This document shows, piece after piece, positions 61,560-64,000 of a stretch of 64,000 nucleotides of DNA. Position 1 is the stretch's first letter, and each line of letters starts with the position of its first letter. This DNA comes from an uncultured Chloroflexia bacterium. GTDB taxonomy: Bacteria > Chloroflexota > Limnocylindria > Limnocylindrales > CSP1-4. The stretch lies in contig CAWHDR010000001.1 of assembly GCA_963828165.1 (NCBI GenBank), positions 2,720,001 through 2,784,000 on the forward strand. The letters are read 5' to 3'. A program made the translations under genes and the position numbers. The notes beneath the pieces are model-generated. The model saw only the letters and a program-made list of their open reading frames with translations. It ran no database searches and was not told where the DNA came from.

Positions 61560-62386
61560 TGGTCCGCGTACCGCTGGCCCGGCCGACCGACGCGCCTCCG
61601 TCCGCTCACGAGCCGGCGGCGGCGCCGCTGGCCCCCACGCCCGCGATCGCGACGCCGCCCGCGCCCGATGACCTCGCGGCCGATACCGCATTCCTGCCAC
61701 CCGACGAGGTGCCGCGTCACGTCGCGATCATCATGGATGGCAACCGCCGCTGGGCTCGACAGCAGGGCCTGCCGGAGCTCGACGGACATGCGGCCGGCGT
61801 GGAAGCCATCCGCGAGATCCTCCGCCACGCCGTCCGGCGCGGTGTCCCGGTGCTGACGCTGTATGCCTTCAGCCGCGAGAACTGGGCGCGTTCGGACGAC
61901 GAGGTCCACGGCCTGTTCAGCCTGCTCGAAGGGGCCATCCGGAGCGAGACCGACGAGCTTCGTAGCCAGGGCGTGCGCGTGCGCCTGCTCGGCCGGCTCG
62001 ACGAGCTCCCCGATGAGACGCGCGGTTCCATCGACGAGGCACTCGACGCGACCTCGGATGGTCAGCGGCTCCTTCTCAACATCGCGTTCAACTACGCGGG
62101 CCGGACCGAGCTCGTCGATGCGGTCCGCAAGCTGGTGGCAACGGGCGCCGCGCCCGAGTCGATCGACGAAGCCGCGATCACGCGAGCCCTGTACACGGCC
62201 GGTCTGCCCGATCCGGACCTCCTGATCCGGACGGGCGGGGAGCAACGCCTCTCCAACTTCCTTATCTGGCAGTCGGCCTACGCCGAGTTCTACTTCTGTG
62301 AGGCGCTCTGGCCGGACTTCGGCCCGGCGGCTTTCGACGAAGCCCTCCTCGAGTTCGCCCGGCGCCAGCGCCGGTTCGGACGGTAG
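61559..62386 (+). CDS. uppS: Polyprenyl (undecaprenyl) diphosphate synthase; start approximate
   Basis: HVAIIMDGNRRWA, YAFS.ENW.R, PDLLIRTGGEQRLSNFLIWQ, RRFG. Confidence 0.96.
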   Translation: MVRVPLARPTDAPPSAHEPAAAPLAPTPAIATPPAPDDLAADTAFLPPDEVPRHVAIIMDGNRRWARQQGLPELDGHAAGVEAIREILRHAVRRGVPVLTLYAFSRENWARSDDEVHGLFSLLEGAIRSETDELRSQGVRVRLLGRLDELPDETRGSIDEALDATSDGQRLLLNIAFNYAGRTELVDAVRKLVATGAAPESIDEAAITRALYTAGLPDPDLLIRTGGEQRLSNFLIWQSAYAEFYFCEALWPDFGPAAFDEALLEFARRQRRFGR

Positions 62387-62397
62387 GCGGGGCAGGG

Positions 62398-63225
62398 GTG
62401 CGCGACCGAGCCATCGGCGCGGTGATCCTCGTCCCGGTCCTGCTCCTGGTACTGGCCATCGGCGGGATCGTCCTGGCGGCGGCCGTGGCAGTCGTGACGA
62501 TCTTCGCCGCCCGGGAGGCATTCAAGCTCCTCACGGATGCGGGCTTGCCGACCCTCCCGTTGCTTGGGTCGGTGCTGGCCCTCACCGTCGTCGCGGACGC
62601 GGCCTTCCCGGGCGTGCTCGAGGGGAGCGGCCTGCTGCTGATGGCCGTGGGGATCGTGCTCGTGGCCGTTGCCGCATTCGCCCGGCCGAACCCGCGCGAT
62701 GGACTGATCACCTGGATGGCCACCGTCTTCGGGGCGCTCCTTGTCGGTCTGCTCTCGTTCGTCGTCCGTCTCGGCCATGCCGCACCTGCCGTCCCGGATG
62801 GCGCGCCGCTGGCGGCGCTGGGCGCGGAACGTGGCTGGATCCTGTTGCTGCTCCTTGCGGTGTGGGCCTATGACACGGGCGCGTTCCTGGTCGGCAGCCA
62901 GTTCGGGCGCGAGAGGTTCCTCACCCATATCTCCCCGTCGAAGACGTATGCCGGTCTGATCGGTGGCGTCGTCGCGTCGACCGTCGTGGTCGGGGCGCTC
63001 CTGTGGGGGCTTGGACAGCCTCCGCTGCACGCGTTGGTGCTCGGGCCGCTGGTCGCCCTCTCCGCGCAGGCCGGTGACCTCGCAGAATCGATGCTCAAGC
63101 GCGCCGCCAACGCCAAGGATTCGGGCACGCTGATTCCCGGTCACGGTGGGATGCTGGACCGCGTGGACTCGTTCCTCTTCGCCGCCCCGATCGCGACGCT
63201 GTATGTCCTCGCCTTCATCACCTGA
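62398..63225 (+). CDS. cdsA: Phosphatidate cytidylyltransferase
   Basis: W..DTGA, ISPSKT, GDL.ES.LKR..KDSG.LIPGHGG.LDRVDS. Confidence 0.96.
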   Translation: MRDRAIGAVILVPVLLLVLAIGGIVLAAAVAVVTIFAAREAFKLLTDAGLPTLPLLGSVLALTVVADAAFPGVLEGSGLLLMAVGIVLVAVAAFARPNPRDGLITWMATVFGALLVGLLSFVVRLGHAAPAVPDGAPLAALGAERGWILLLLLAVWAYDTGAFLVGSQFGRERFLTHISPSKTYAGLIGGVVASTVVVGALLWGLGQPPLHALVLGPLVALSAQAGDLAESMLKRAANAKDSGTLIPGHGGMLDRVDSFLFAAPIATLYVLAFIT

Positions 63226-64000
63226 GCGGCGCGGCGTCGCGCTCCTCGGCTCCACCGGCTCGATCGGCACCCAGGCGATCGAGGTCATCGCCGCGCACCC
63301 GGAGCTCTTCCGCGTCGTCGGGCTGGCGGCCGGCCGTGATGGGTCGACGCTGGCGGAACAGGCACGGCAGCTGCGACCGGCGGTCGTTGCGCTGGCGGAA
63401 TCCGACGCCTTCGCCGGTCTGGACCTCCCTGGCGGCACGGATCGGGCCGCGGGCGACGAGGCGCTTCTCGAGCTCGCCACGCGTGACGACGTCGATCTCG
63501 TGGTCGTCGCGACCGGTGGTGTCGTCAGCCTCCGACCGGTCCTCGCCGCGCTTCGTGCCGGCAAGGTCGTGGCGACGGCCAACAAGGAGACCCTGGTCGC
63601 CGGCGGCCATATCGTCATGCCGATCGCTCGCCGCCTGGCGGCTCGCTCGAGCGAAGCCGACCCTCTGGACCCGTTCGCCAATCCCCTCGCCTGGCTCCGC
63701 CCGATCGACTCGGAGCATTCGGCGATCTGGCAGTGCCTCGTCGGCGAATCCATGTCGACGGTCGCAGCGCTCGTGCTCACCGGGTCCGGTGGGCCGTTCC
63801 TGGACGCCACCCCGGACGAGCTCGCCGCCGCGACCCCGGAACGCGCCCTCAAGCACCCGACGTGGACCATGGGAGCCAAGATCACGATCGATTCCGCGAC
63901 CCTCGCCAACAAGGGCCTGGAGGTCATCGAAGCGCACTGGCTGTACGATGTGGACTACGACGCGATCGAGGTGGTCATCCACCCGCAGAGCGTCGTCCAC
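63203..64000 (+). CDS. dxr: 1-deoxy-D-xylulose-5-phosphate reductoisomerase (3'-truncated; absent from ORF track)
   Basis: Read from sequence: LLGSTGSIG, ANKETLV, PIDSEHSAI, SGGPF, HPTWTMG.KITIDSATLANKGLE, HPQS.VH. Confidence 0.96.
   Translation, partial: MSSPSSPERRGVALLGSTGSIGTQAIEVIAAHPELFRVVGLAAGRDGSTLAEQARQLRPAVVALAESDAFAGLDLPGGTDRAAGDEALLELATRDDVDLVVVATGGVVSLRPVLAALRAGKVVATANKETLVAGGHIVMPIARRLAARSSEADPLDPFANPLAWLRPIDSEHSAIWQCLVGESMSTVAALVLTGSGGPFLDATPDELAAATPERALKHPTWTMGAKITIDSATLANKGLEVIEAHWLYDVDYDAIEVVIHPQSVVH

Overview
This is a high-GC bacterial chromosome segment (GC roughly 70% by eye). Gene content, gene order and the IleRS insertion best fit Chloroflexota, possibly Limnocylindria-like; that placement is inference. 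The window is mostly core housekeeping genes: tatC-rapZ-yvcK-whiA-tpiA-gpmI-secG, two tRNA clusters (8 tRNAs), rpsF-ssb-rpsR, ilvE, ileS-lspA-rluD-gmk-priA, def-fmt-rlmN-rpe-dtd, rpmB, asp23-fakA-recG-rsmD-coaD-sepIVA-like-yceD-rpmF-plsX-asp23-nusB-acpP-rnc-smc-ftsY, ffh-rpsP-khpA-rimM-trmD-rplS-rnhB-yraN and rpsB-tsf-pyrH-frr-uppS-cdsA-dxr. I see no CRISPR array, integrase, transposase, prophage, rRNA or recognisable defence system. About ten extra-base frameshifts break or falsely fuse genes and look like long-read assembly errors. The best leads are: (1) two intergenic imperfect fold-back elements of about 185 and 227 nt, each with a 71-nt internal repeat period; (2) a membrane-anchored lysyl oxidase-family protein with intact catalytic motifs, next to a small secreted protein after tRNA-Val; (3) apparent ATC and CTG start codons; (4) an Fmt lacking its tRNA-recognition loop; (5) an RNase HII lacking the GRG motif; (6) an Rpe with an extra C-terminal domain; (7) widespread leaderless and gene-internal promoters. 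None of these is a proven new system from sequence alone.
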